Positions 39,501 through 51,003 of a stretch of 64,000 nt of DNA are shown here, piece after piece. Position 1 is the first letter of the stretch. Every line of letters starts with the position of its first letter. The DNA lies in NCBI GenBank assembly GCA_002633005.1, contig NMRA01000342.1:416301-480300 (forward strand). The letters run 5' to 3'. Below the pieces are notes generated by a model, which was not told the DNA's origin, ran no database searches, and saw nothing but the letters and a program-made list of their open reading frames with translations. A program made the translations under genes and the position numbers. The stretch comes from Phoronis australis (taxonomy: Eukaryota; Animalia; Phoronida).

Positions 39501-42500
39501 ATAATTCTACCGCAGTTAGCATCGAAAAGAACAATTGCCCTCTGGAAAGGGTCCGCCAAAAAGCCTAAAATAGCCCAATCAATTTCGACCGCTGTCTAAT
39601 CTAGCTCAACGTTCCAACATCATGCCGTGGGTGAGATGTTTGGGGGTCTGTCGGGCCGTTCCCAAAGTTATTGCCATATACAAATTAGTGGCATGAAGTG
39701 AATCATTTGGAATTGGTTTTGTGCTACCTCGAATGTTTGAGGTAGCTATTTGGGTTTCTGGCGGGACTGACTTCACACGGTGACATTGGCCTGTTATGTG
39801 TCATTCAGTGCACAGCGCTGTGGGATTGATTTGCGACCAGTTTTCGACGGTAACGGAACTACATGACCTAATTTACATGTTGTTCGTACTTTAAACATCA
39901 TTCCGTGGATAAGATTTTTGAGGGTTTCTGGTAAGTAATTTGTCTGTTTTATTTTGTCTGTGACCAGTGGCATATACTGAATCACGCGGAGATGTTTTTG
40001 TGTAACCTCAAATAGTTTAGCTGGCTCATTTTAGAGGGAATCATTTTAAGTTTCTGTCGGGACTTTTCCAGAGTCAAATTTATCTGTCATAGGTCTTGCA
40101 GTGTTCAATGAGGCACCATTGTTGATTTTAAGGAAACTTTGGTCGGTGCCTCGAACATCTAACAAAGATAAATTTTTGGACCAACTTGAAGGTTCCCTGG
40201 AGATACTCATTTTGTGTAAACTGGGGTGAAGGCTAAATGTTCCTATTATCCGATGCAGGTACCTCCTTCATGTCTGCTAAGAGCTCTGGGTTGGTGATCT
40301 ATAAGCACTGTAAGTATAGCACAGCAATGCATGTTTTCTCACCATGTAGCCATCTGCAAGCGACACCTTGGGACCTAACACGCCGTGATTGTTATTACCC
40401 GAGACGTCGTTACTTCCATGACGGTCGTTGAACGGCCACCATCCGACCGGATACGGCAGTTCTGGAACGAGAGATGATAAAACTGGATGAGACAGGGATT
40501 TTTTTCGAAAACAACCTCGGTTAACATAACCATGGCGACTACTAGGGTTACGCAAGTGATATTTCCACATGTGTCTGACTTGCAGTGAAGATGAACGTGT
40601 TCCTGAGCCTGGGAAGTGTATACTCTGTGGGACTGTGCGGCGGGGACGTTAAGGACTTGGAGTGGATAGAAATTAACAGCTACACTGATGGTCAAAGAAA
40701 AGATTTAATGGACAAAACTAAATAATGAATTAGTTCATTCATTGAGGCTAGAAATATGAGTACCTTTATACTCGTGCTCAACTGAGACTTATGATCCCTA
40801 ATTTTTGCCCTCTGTGATACATCTATATATAGATATCATGATGTAGAGACCAAAACTAATTATTGGTCGTTATACAGGCCATATGGTGACCACAATCACG
40901 TGACATATAAGAACACAATTAGAACGAAGTACACGTAGTAGGTAAAATTGGTTCATCACGTTGAATCCGCGCGTATGCCAAATAGCGCTGAAATGGCTAA
41001 AGACGATTATGGTCAAAGGTTTATGGTAGCATTGTCCAATGTAAACCAGTAGCAAAATCATAACTAATCCATGAATGATGGTAAAGTTATCAGTTATTCA
41101 ACTCTATAAGACTGAGAGAAGTTTGATTACAGCTGCATTTCACCTGCCCTGATTATCTCAACTAAAACACGGAGTAGGCATCAAGTTATTCTCACAAAAT
41201 CAGTCCTATAGCATCCCTTACCGTGAGAGGATTTCCTTTCTGTCATAAACAAGATTGTCGAAGCAGTCAGTGACTCAACAAAAGGCTTTATATTTTATTA
41301 GAGTAGGCCAGCCCAAAACTTGCGAATTCAAAAATGGCACACCATGGTACACATTGCCTATGACTCGAGTTGGTATCGGAAATAAAATCTTATCATGGTA
41401 ATAATGGAAAATGTCTGGATCAATTAAATCCCCTTTAACATCTTGTGAATGTTAGTATTGAATTAATTGGATATGTTATCCCAGTTAATAGATTTATACT
41501 AAAATGCGTATTACCTTGTGGTATACAGTTGTATTTTATACTTTCCAACTCTGCGAAGGAGAGTTCTCGGTCATACAGATGTGTGCAGTACAGTCGACCG
41601 CCATTAAGTCTTCTAGCATCAGTTCCTAACGCCCCCATACGTGCAGTTCCGTCAGTTCCACTCGCAACTCTGCCAACAAACTTTTCAAACGTTTTCACTG
41701 AGTTTACATACATCCTAAGGATCCCCGACTCATAACTGTAGGTGCTGGCTACGAAGAACCAGTTGTCATCACTGAAAGACCCCGTTTCTTCGTAATAATG
41801 TGAGCCTCCCCCTCCATTAGGATAATATAAAGCAGTAGATAAACAATCTGCCGTCGGGTACTGCCACACAATGAATCCGTGAGGAGCCGAACCGCTCACC
41901 ATGTTGAAAAGTGGGGCTTGGGTAACGCCGCCTGTTGGGTAGAACCATGCTGCGTAAGAGACGGAATACTTAACGTCCAGCTTTCCGTTGTTCGGAATTT
42001 CAACATAGGAGTTCTCTGTTCCAGCAAACTTCACTGCTCCTTGCACTTGCCCCTGCGGTCCGGTGTCATACGCAACATTACTGAACGTAGCGTGATTTCC
42101 GTTTCCGCTGAGGTCTTTTCCTCCATAGGTGGAATCCAGTACCCATAATCCAACTGGACGGCGACCTAAGGAACATAATTATTTTCAGTTGGATAACACA
42201 TCAATAGTACCTGGTTATTGATACGTTTGTGATATAAAATAGTAGACACCAATTGACCTGTTGAATCAGTTTTGTAGATGTACAAGTGGCAATCAAGAGT
42301 CATTTACCTGACGCGAGTCGGTTATTCATATACAGTTCACGACAAAAATAAAACAAAATTAACCGGTATTCCTGAGCTCGAGCAAAATTGTCTTGATGAC
42401 CGCTGAGTACAAGCGGAATTCGCCATCTGAGTAGCTAGGGTGGTGCTTCACAACGACTGAACACTGGTCATGGCGGTATTTTATCCGATCGCTTTTATGT

Positions 42501-45500
42501 GCATTACAACATATTCTACACGTGCTTTATTCCCACAAATGCTACACAATAATGCGCAGACGAGATTTTAAAGTATAACATTACACTTCTTGTAAGCATT
42601 TACCGGATAGCGAGGCGCGCCGTGTTAACAAAGGATTCTGGGATGGCGGTCATCTCGACAGGCATCGCCAGCAGACGTAAGTATGCAATATGAAGAGATC
42701 ACGTCATTTTTGTTTCTCTATAATGTTGCAGAAGCTCAATTTGCCATCGATACGAATGAACAAGAAGCCTGACTCCATTGAAAATGAAGTGCCAGATTAC
42801 CAAGGAGACGATCGCCTGCGTGATCTTCGCATCCCACAAATTTGGACTCCGCGATGCGCCCACTTCGATTTTCGCAATCGTTAATTTATTGAGGACCCTT
42901 GAAAATTGCAGGTTTAGCTCATTTCGGAACACCGTATCTCATAAAAGGCTGATCATATTCATATGGAATTTTCAGATACCATGTTGCATGCATTTTCCTC
43001 CAAAACGCGCTTAGGAATTGTACTTAAATTTTCTACTTTTACATGAGGCGTTAACAAAAGTAGGACTTTCACGACTTTCATGAAAGAACGAAATATTATT
43101 TCTGAAAATTGTTACAGCATTTTTAAGATATACTCATGAACATTTACGTAAGTTTAAATTTGATTACATTATTGATAACGCTGTTTTTCCGTTTGCTTAA
43201 ATTTGCTAAAAAAGACATAGTCACGGGAATCTGAATTAATTGCAAATTTGTAGAAAATCTAAAATCAAGTTCTACTTGTTTTCTGCATTCATAAAAGATA
43301 TCCTTCTGCTGTGTTGCATGCATGGTGTTACAGATATCCTTCCGCAGTGTTGAATCTATGGTGTTACAGATATTTGTCTAAATACACAGATTTGTCAATA
43401 AAATATGAATAAGTTTTAAAAAGTCAACACCATTTATTAATCTACAATTTCATATTCTTTAGTTAGTATTATAATTGTATACTTTCTTGCTTTGTCAACA
43501 TGCTGGGCTTCACGGATTTAGTGAAAATTGCAAACTAATTCCTTATCTCTGTGATTGCTTAGCCAAATTAGCTAAAAACACAACATATAGCGATGATGTG
43601 AATATGAAGTAGTTTGAAAATTGCCAAATGTTTCGAGAACGTGTTTTGTGGCGAAAATTATCCTCCAAAAGTCATTGAATCGTGTCCAGTAAGTATCGTG
43701 ACCTGGTGCTGGGAAATAACACTGCATGATGCCGGCTATTTTGACCAGCAAGGTATGTTATTAGTGCAAAGGCCACCTATTTTTAAAATTGTTTTCACGT
43801 TCACAAATTGTCACTGAATACAACTACACTATCGTGGATCATGTTAAATTAGTATTGCCTTTTAGTATTTTCTACACATTAAAACACATGCAGTTAGGAG
43901 CGTGCAAATACTGCTCTGAACCCCCAGGAAAGCCGCCTTTGAAAACAATTTTCTTTGTTCATATTCAGGGATAAAGCACCTTTCTAATGCGAGAATTACA
44001 CATGCTAAAACCATAGACTGAATGGATCTGACTGTTGATTCCTCGAACTTTATTGACTTGAGTTTGAATTTTCCTATTTCACCTTTACCTAGCACTGCGT
44101 GGGATGTTGCAGTGCTCTTATCTGATTTAGTTGTGGAGACATTTTGAGCAGGTGCAGTTGAAATTTTCCTCAAACAATAATAATTTTTGTAAGCATTTCT
44201 ATACATAGATATCGGGTTTTCTGCAGCGTCATATACCCCAATTTAACAAGCATTCCGTAGTATCTAGTAACGACTGATTCATTTTCAATGAGGAAACCTT
44301 TTCAGGGGCGGATCCAGGATTTTGAGTTAGGGGGGGCCAGGGCAGAGTATTAGCCAGGATTTTGCCGTCAGACATTCGCACCCCCGTACTGACAAATGGA
44401 ATCTGGGAGAATTTTAGGGGGGGCATGGCCCCCTTGGCCCCGCCACTGCTTTTGCTGCACACGATTGATAGTTTACTATGAAAATGTTGTCATCCCGTGA
44501 AACAGTGTGTCAATAGATAGGCCTGTAAACAAGATCAGCTGTTTCAAAAGTCTATACAATGTAGGTCTGAACGACTGTTTTCATTCAATGAAAGTGTGAC
44601 TTGATACGACAGTGCCATTACGTTTGCATGTGTGATTTTCACGAGTTCTATATATCCCAAAAGTACGACCAGTGAAGAAGTTCAACACCAATTCACAGTA
44701 CATTTAATATCCATGGTCAAACACGATACGAGACGCCTGTTAGTACCGTACATGTAGATGAAGTGACAGCTAATAGTAAGGGAAATTTGTATTATGCTGA
44801 TACAGCCCGTAGAGTCAACATCTCGATTTTGCACAATATTTCACGGGGTGATACCATGGAAGAAACAAACACCTCTGTTGGATATATCACACAAACGTGA
44901 TCAATTACGGATTCAAATTAATAATTGACGCCAAATTGATGGTATCGATTTCTTCAACGCCCTTTATCCTATTCTCATTGATTACTTTTACCAGTATGTT
45001 ATAACCTGTGAAAAGAGGAGCGCTTGAAACGTTGGGCAATAAATATAATCCATAGAGACTTTCGTAGCAATGTATTTTATAAAATACAACTTAGTTTTCC
45101 CCGTCAGTTACTGCTATTTACATCTTTTAAAGTCATGTAGGACCCTAGAAAAATGTCCAAATTCGGCTAACTGTTGAAAATCATGTCACAGAAATGACTG
45201 ATCGTATCGATGTGAAACATTTACATATCATACTTGTTGAAGTGTTCTCCAAGATCGTTTTAGGAAATGTTTGTAAAATACTCCGCTTTACATGAGCGAC
45301 TGTCAAAAATAGGACTTTTATGACAGTTATGGAAAAATTCAAAAGTTTCATAAAACAAAAGCGAGCGCTTACATCAAACGAGTTTGGCCACGTTAAAAAA
45401 CAATTGCAGGCGGTCTGATATCGTCCGGTTACCTATTTTCGTCAGGCTCCAAAGTTCGTCCGCCATCTTGTTTCGCGTGCAGCGCAACCACGCGGGACTT

Positions 45501-47504
45501 AGCGTTCCAATTTGGAGTTCTCGTCTGCACGTTAGGTACTAACTTATCGGAAGAGACACGTATCAAAGTAATGAGACAAAAATCGGTGAGTTTACCGATT
45601 GTTTTTTAAAACCACTTAAAAATCAGTAGATTTTACTAATACACTTTTTTGTGCGTTTTCAGAAGATGTTTTCGAATTTAAATTTTCTTCCGACGGGACA
45701 CAAAACATGATCCAGGGTTTGTTTATGCAATGTATCTGTTTTTCCCAGGCACTAGTAGGATCTAGAAGGCCAAAGGAAAAATCCGCAGACAAATGCGATA
45801 CGCTGGGTTCTTAACATTTTGCCTCACGCATTCACCATTAAACTGCATTGAAATGTTGTCCAATTGGCTTTTATTGGAAACCACAGTGCAGAGCTCAACA
45901 TCAAAGCTTCAAATCGAGTTTATGTCAATAAAAACAGGCTGTTGCAATTTTCATTACTTCGTTGGCCTTTTTCTGCATGTTTCTCAGTTTTTACAAAAGG
46001 GGGCAGCATATGACGAACTTAGGTTTCAGAATAAAATGGCTGCCGAAGGTAGTGCACATTTGAAATAACTCGGCACAAATTAAAGAAAACTTCCGAATCG
46101 GTGAATGCGGTATATCTGTGAGAGTTAAATCGAATCCTATTCAGATCATAACTTTGAAGTGGAATAATTCGGTGAGTACAACAGCAAGTCGGTTTTATGC
46201 TTAGGCGGACGAACATTGGGCTCCCCAGTATATACGCTGTACCAGACGTGCGCAGGCCTCACATGTGGGCCTATTGCACTGATCACCTGGAACTGTTTTT
46301 ATTTGACCACGTTATTGACACCGTTGTTTTGTGGTGGATATACATGACCTTTCCTTTTTTGCTTAGGACACATAGTCAAGCTACTCATTTAATGGCACAC
46401 TGATAGAAAGCCAAATATCAAAATTTTACAGACTTTCTGCTTTAAGAAAATATAAACTTTTACTGACTTAAAATCTATAGTTTTGTACTCCAGATATTTG
46501 ACTAAATACGGAGACCAGTCGATGAGGTTCTACATTACCATAATTTGTGTGTTTGATGATTTTGTTACCAAGTCGTTACAGCGCTTATTTTGGGATACGT
46601 AACTGCGATATGGGATATCAAATATGTACGCGCTATTATTACGGGTATCAGCTTCAGTAAGTACACAATTAGTCAACGGCAAATATATAACCGCGTGTTA
46701 TGGTTATAATTTGTTTTTGACAATATACAGGGTACCTAAATTACACGGTTAACGGACTCATAAACACGGTCACGGACGCATGAACAAGATTCATGGACTT
46801 GCAAACACCGTCCACTGACTCACAAACACGGGAACGGACTCACAAAACACGATCCAGTCACCCAAATACACGGGACACGGACTCACATTCACGAAGAAAC
46901 ACGGTTAACGGACCGCCAAACACGGTTTACGGACAAAATGTAGATGTCAGCTGATCCAGGAAGCCGATGAGTCCGTGACCCTTTTTTTGCGGTCCGTTAA
47001 CCGTGTTTCCTCATGAATATGAGTCCGTGTCCTGTGTATTTGGGTGAATGGATCGTGTTTTGTGAGTCCGTTCCCGTGTTTGTGAGTCAGTGGACGGTGT
47101 TTGCAGTTCCGTGAGTCATGTTCATGCGTCCGTGTGGCGTGTACTTATGAGTCCAGTTTAGGTACCTTGATATACATGTAAGTACGACGAGCAGTTCTGC
47201 TGGCGTCAGAGTGCAAAATCATTTATTCGCTCACACCAAATATTACAACTGATGAACCATTCACAAGTCGAATACCAAGTTCAAGAAACTATGAAGTTAT
47301 GAAAGAGAAGCTCATACACAAAAGTTTTAGACAATTTTCTGGGGTTGGACTGTAGCAGCGAAGTTGGCCGGTTAGGATGTTTTCCTTTCAACTTGAATAA
47401 TTGGTTCGCAGCCATCATTGTCCGATTTTTTGAAAAATGGAAGGTGCATTTCTGGCGATCCTATGGGGTTCCGATTGGACGCAAAGTCACATCCTTAAAA
47501 GGAA

Positions 47505-47540
<36 letters not shown>

Positions 47541-48116
47541 CCCTCTCTGTGACCAATAGTATTGTATGGTGTTGAGGTAAGACCTTTTAGTTCACCCATC
47601 ATCTAAGCAAAAAAGATGTATGATCCCCCTTTTACTACACAGGAGTTTCAGTCAGCATTAAATATTCTCAGTGAAAAAGCCTCGGATTTCAGTAGAAGAA
47701 GTCAACTATATTTGTGTGGTGAATATTGGTCGCCTGTGCAAAAACTATTCAACGCTTTTAAACATTAACGGTAGATGATGTAAATCTAGAACTCAAACAG
47801 GACAATTTAGGCTTGAATACATTTTAAAAACTTCAACAATTTCATCCGGTCCAATTAATTAGACACGCACGCTCGCACGTACGCTACCGAAAAGGGTTTT
47901 TGGAAATTCTAATGAAAGCCATACACAAATCATAAATAGCAGGTGAAAACTTCTTTTGGCGGATTAGGATTAAATTATGTTTCCATAATCATCTGTCAGA
48001 GTTGATCAGTAATCCAATGACATAATAGTTTTTGAATAAATTAACTTACCTTGTGAATAGGCGTTTCCAGTGAAAATTATCAGTAGAGAAAGCAGAGAGA
48101 GTCGGGCGTTGACCAT
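19578..48116 (-). CDS. Secreted multidomain protein: signal peptide - 3x LamG-like (concanavalin A/pentraxin jellyroll) - F5/8 type C (discoidin) - LamG-like - PAN/Apple; 13 exons, 1157 aa
   Basis: Exons 48116-48050, 42165-41515, 40461-40343, 38164-37817, 35061-34857, 30916-30677, 29454-29255, 28128-27933, 26899-26721, 24563-24428, 23804-23637, 21147-20467, 19861-19578. All GT-AG with matching phases; total 3474 nt, open from ATG to TAG. Four mutually similar domains (PVGxW...D.SG..N...VEIPN.G.LDV.YS...W...TYDY..G...R.G....R.F.G...C...YD.AL). No TM segment. Confidence 0.88.
20467..21147 (-). CDS. Exon 12, LamG-like domain 4 (whole domain in one exon)
   Basis: PRPVALWPMS...DYVEIPNVGGNIDVRYSFTW...RYFKGKISCVQLYDIALNAHQI; 681 nt; phase 1-1. 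Confidence 0.92.
21474..21662. repeat. (CA)n and (CAAACACACA)n compound microsatellite
   Basis: Visible. Confidence 0.95.
21734..23434 (+). mobile_element. Tc1/mariner DNA transposon, full length but decayed (~1.7 kb), in intron 11 of the LamG gene
   Basis: Transposase motifs across frames: GRPRAT, WRTVMFSDESRFCL, GGSVMVWGGIS, LQDYNARLHRAR, WPAGSPDLNPIEQL, SMRERC..VVNAGGDSTRY*. Imperfect TIRs tgaactgctaaaaaataacgccccc / ggaggtgttagtttttgagtagttca, flanked by TA. Confidence 0.9.
23637..23804 (-). CDS. Exon 11, F5/8 type C domain C-terminal part
   Basis: FTGNYDQDTVIKHQLKRPFYARYVRVFPMTWFGHQSMRWELY. Confidence 0.92.
24428..24563 (-). CDS. Exon 10, F5/8 type C domain middle (absent from the ORF track)
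   Basis: VDLGKVYYILAIATQGRNSKYHNQYVMSYRLQYGDTESSLSLYSY, the classic VDLG...ATQGR motif; phase 0-1. Confidence 0.92.
24730..25239. mobile_element. TTAA-associated MITE family member (ggcta..gtaggacc ... ggtcctacataacc); related left end at ~45130
   Basis: ttaa|ggctaatgtaggacc at left and ggtcctacataacc|ttga at right; same termini as 56376-57312. Confidence 0.6.
26405..26515. repeat. Degenerate (TCG/TCA)n trinucleotide low-complexity tract
   Basis: tcgtcgttgtcgtcattttcgtcgtcatc... Confidence 0.7.
26721..26899 (-). CDS. Exon 9, F5/8 type C domain N-terminal part
   Basis: SSFSGDEWSDTHGPERSRLH...GAWSAKAG...WIQ|gtaggt. Confidence 0.88.
27933..28128 (-). CDS. Exon 8, LamG-like domain 3 C-terminal part
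   Basis: IWVDAKETAYNHIG...VRVGARQNDTRLFRGRLSCLQLYNVALSQSQI. Confidence 0.9.
29255..29454 (-). CDS. Exon 7, LamG-like domain 3 middle
   Basis: NTTDYMSGPVLSY...PLNKWNYLAVTYDYSLGEYK; aag|gtaaga. Confidence 0.9.
30677..30916 (-). CDS. Exon 6, LamG-like domain 3 N-terminal part
   Basis: VDPPDPLGFWKLNGFYKGADLG...SHVEIPSRYYLDMEFSFTFAAFVYVK; the donor (gtacga) is weak but phase-consistent. Confidence 0.85.
34857..35061 (-). CDS. Exon 5, LamG-like domain 2 C-terminal part
   Basis: MYHEGTNVLEETVG...RIGARDETASDARYFKGQITCVRMFDMAL...CEPS; gtaagt donor. Confidence 0.9.
35389..35948 (+). mobile_element. Possible solo LTR
   Basis: TG...CA ends (tgccacgacc ... aataaacacgaca), repeated ttctag/ttctgg motifs, AATAAA near the 3' end; no TSD found. 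Confidence 0.35.
36970..37032 (-). mobile_element. Short LINE-tail fragment matching 38682-38746
   Basis: Reverse complement tgcaatgggcccaaccatgagg..tctgatgcaccgcaaatgacatcagaccacc. Confidence 0.7.
37817..38164 (-). CDS. Exon 4, LamG-like domain 2 middle
   Basis: GEAAGSYKLIGELDSNIHIPNNGALDVRYS...WNYLAVTYDYDTGILK; phase 0-0. Confidence 0.92.
38200..38750 (+). mobile_element. 5'-truncated non-LTR retrotransposon (LINE) 3' end with C-terminal CCHC-type zinc finger and 3' UTR
   Basis: ILTSHWNL...SPVCPECGTDVETPKHLVESCSAFYRLR...LSVFLKQTGRL, typical of the ORF2 C-terminus in RNase H-bearing LINE clades; frameshifted; antisense in intron 3, about 35 nt from the exon 4 acceptor. Confidence 0.8.
39230..40090. 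repeat. Complex diverged inverted/direct repeat (foldback-like transposon relic)
   Basis: ctgccaaaaacccaaatag...aaacattcgaagtaccgcaaaaaccaattcc (~39263-39333) is inverted at ~39709-39765; ctggaaagggtccgccaaaaa (~39542) is inverted at ~40050-40070. Confidence 0.55.
40343..40461 (-). CDS. Exon 3, LamG-like domain 2 N-terminal part
   Basis: ELPYPVGWWPFNDRHGSNDVSGNNNHGVLGPKVSLADGYM; ccag|...atg|gtgaga. Confidence 0.88.
41515..42165 (-). CDS. Exon 2, LamG-like domain 1 (whole domain in one exon)
   Basis: GRRPVGLWVLDSTYGGKDLSGNGNH...SYVEIPNNGKLDVKYS...LYDRELSFAELESIKYNCIPQ; 651 nt; phase 1-1. Confidence 0.92.
43297..43372. repeat. Tandem duplication of 35 bp (agatatccttc.gc.gtgttg.at..atggtgttac)
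   Basis: Two visible copies. Confidence 0.8.
46239..46300 (-). mobile_element. 5'-truncated copy of the SINE at 1591-1819 (3' part only)
   Basis: gtaccagacgtgcgcaggcctcacatgtgggcctattgcactgatcacctggaa is nearly identical to 1612-1665. Confidence 0.8.
46728..47169. mobile_element. Foldback-type element: ~190-bp inverted arms built from ~20-bp acacgg...cggactca sub-repeats
   Basis: Left arm 46728-46920 is the reverse complement of 46982-47169 with few mismatches; ends ca.ggtacctaaa / tttaggtacc.tg. Confidence 0.88.
47504..47548. repeat. (CT)n microsatellite
   Basis: Visible. Confidence 0.9.
48050..48116 (-). CDS. Exon 1, signal peptide MVNARLSLLSLLIIFTGNAYSQ
   Basis: aagATGG start context, hydrophobic core, AYS-Q cleavage-like site, caag|gtaagt phase-1 donor. 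Confidence 0.8.
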
Positions 48117-48858
48117 CTTAAAGTTTTATGGTACTGTTATGACTGACGAAGATTGATTTAACCTAGGTAAACAAGACAAACTGTTCGCACAGCTCACTCT
48201 TTAAGATCAATAACATTGGTGGACTTGAGTCCATCAAACCAATTTCCGGTTGAAGACTAAGTGCTTTGTATTTGAGCGTGTGTGTGCCTGTATATCGATT
48301 TTGCGCATGATTCTACACACCATGGAACTCCAGGCATGCAATGCCAACTTCAATCTTCCACAACTAAGGTTGCTCATGCGTGGGATTTTCTACCTACGGA
48401 ATATAGGGCTTAGAGTGGAACGTTTATAGTCGAATGAGAAATTGTGGGCACCGCAAAAACTCATGGAATGTGTCACTCTTTTACTTTTAGTGGAATGGGA
48501 AAAATAGAGCAATGTCGCGTGGGAACTCGCAGAAGTCTGTAATATGTCAATTTCGCCATGCGTCAAATTGTGGGACATTTCAATGGTGACTCAAGATGTC
48601 TGGGAATTTTTCAAAAAGTAAGCAGTCTTCCAAAATCGGGGCAGTTGGGAAGTACAGTTTACGATGTCAGTAACACAAAGTATTAGATTGGATTCTTTTA
48701 CAAGGTAAACTTGTGTAGAATATATTTTACAGTTACAGGTAGATACAACAGATACCTTTAATGTTCATGCATCCAATTAACAAGAAGTATTTGTACGCCG
48801 GGGAAACATTGGATTAAATGGATAACTATAAAACATTAGACAACCTTAAGAATGTGTA

Positions 48859-48859
48859 T

Positions 48860-48927
<68 letters not shown>

Positions 48928-48982
48928 GCGCACGCACTTCCACGCACACGCACAGGCACGCACACACGACACACGCACACAC
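48859..48982. repeat. (CA)n microsatellite ~750 bp upstream of the LamG gene start
   Basis: Visible. Confidence 0.95.
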
Positions 48983-51003
48983 TTAGACAGGCAAATAAAT
49001 ATAAATACACGAGTAATTTTCGAAGCTTACGTGAACACACACCAGTTAGTGGGGCCTAAGCTTTCCATTTGTTGGTGCAGAACAAAATGACACAAAAGCA
49101 ACATGTCACTTCTTTTCGTAAAATAGTGTAACATGATTTTAACACCCAGAAATGTCTTATTGAAAATTCCTATAGTGTAGTTTGATCGGTTGACTCTAAG
49201 AGTGGAGCTGAAAGGATGTAAGAGATCAGAATCGCCGGTTCACTCCGTGTCTGATAGGAGTAGTCATTTAGCAGCGCATATTTAACACTATTTGATGTAA
49301 TCTCCGCAGTCATTGGTTAGCTTTACAACAAAGAAAGAAATGGCGGTGTAAATTTTTCCCGGTGAAAATTAAATGATACCTGCGTGTCCCCTTCCCCCTG
49401 GCGGACAAGCAGGGAACCAAAGAGACTAATCCCTACATCCATGACCCAGGGCCACAGGTCCTTGCGTATAAAGAATGGCTAGGGTAACTGTCGGGATTTT
49501 TTGGCTAATTTTGGTGAGAATTCTTTTCAGGACCTGTTACTTCAAGATAATTACATTACGAACAAAATGGCAAAAGGAAATGAAGCAATTGAAATTGGAC
49601 TTTATTTGATTTCTACAACATTCGATCAAAAGTCAGTCGAGTAAACAACCGGAAATTCACAATGCAAGCTCTCGAGGCCAGTCCCGTGAAATTTCGGATT
49701 CGCAAGTTCTAACCCTAAAATCCGTGATCACGTGCATGATTTGGCATTCTAGCTCTGCAATTCAAGTTAAATATGCGTAGCACATGCGCATGACCCTGTG
49801 TTCTATTTCATGAAACTGAAGGAGGAATTTGTCTAGTGATACGATTGGTTGTCCCGTTTTTATGTAGTATATATCGACCAATATATTCTATGCTCGTAAA
49901 TCGAGATAAACTTATTAACATATCTTCAGATAGTGTTTGCGGGTGTTCTAATTTAGTAGCTGACTGGTGGTGTTGCTTGTTTTTTTTTGTTTTTGTTTGT
50001 TTCTTTTATGTTTTATACGAAATTAGTGATTCTAAGCACATAAAAACTTAAAACATAATGACTTTGGTACAAAAAAAACATCAGTTTGAATATAATTGCC
50101 ATTCATCCAATCAGAATTTCTTTTGCCTCCTTAACACAGATTGAGAATGATTGTTCAGCTGAACGCAATCGCCAGAAAGCGAGTCTGTTCTCGTTAATCA
50201 TGTACCTCTTGACTCCCATAATTCCAATGACCAGTTGACGTGAAGTTTGAAGAGAAACTTTTAACCGAAGTTGCTGTGATCGTTGACCACTCTATCCAAG
50301 CATTCAAACCAGTTGTGTGTAATGTCAAAACTGTATTTGTAACGCTTCCACGTTTGTTGTCACATGCAGTAGTAGCAGTGCAGTGGCAGTTTCACTAAAG
50401 TAGTAGCAAAAACAATATTGTGACAATGGCGATGATCATAACTGCAATTATTTTAATAATTTAACACTTTAAAAAGTGTGTGTTATGACTTGACTTAGCA
50501 CGTGCATAACACCTCTGACTTGCAAATCTTGTTATTTATGATTTACGGGCCGTTAGTAATTTCATGAACAAAGAATGAATTACACAGTGACGGACTTAGA
50601 GGGGGCTAAGAAGGCCATGCTCCCCTAAAATTCTCCCAGATTCCATTGGCAGTTCTTGGGTGCGAATGTCGGACGGAAAAATCCTGGCTAATACTCTGCC
50701 CTTCCCCCTTTCCCCGACTCAAAATCTTGGATCCACCCCTGCTACATGCAATGAATTGGCAACCTATTATTAGAATGACATTCGATTGCCATTTAAGTAT
50801 TCATCAATTGAAACCAATGCGTTTTAAACATTTGTGCACATGTCCATAATGAAATGCACGACTTTTCCTTTACACATAACGAACTGTTGATTAGCTTTTT
50901 CTCTAGAATTGGAAGGGGGAGATCCTTTTTTCGGTTATACCTGCACGTAACATATCGTAGTAGAAATACACAGACAATCTTTATTCAACCGTCAATTTTC
51001 ATG

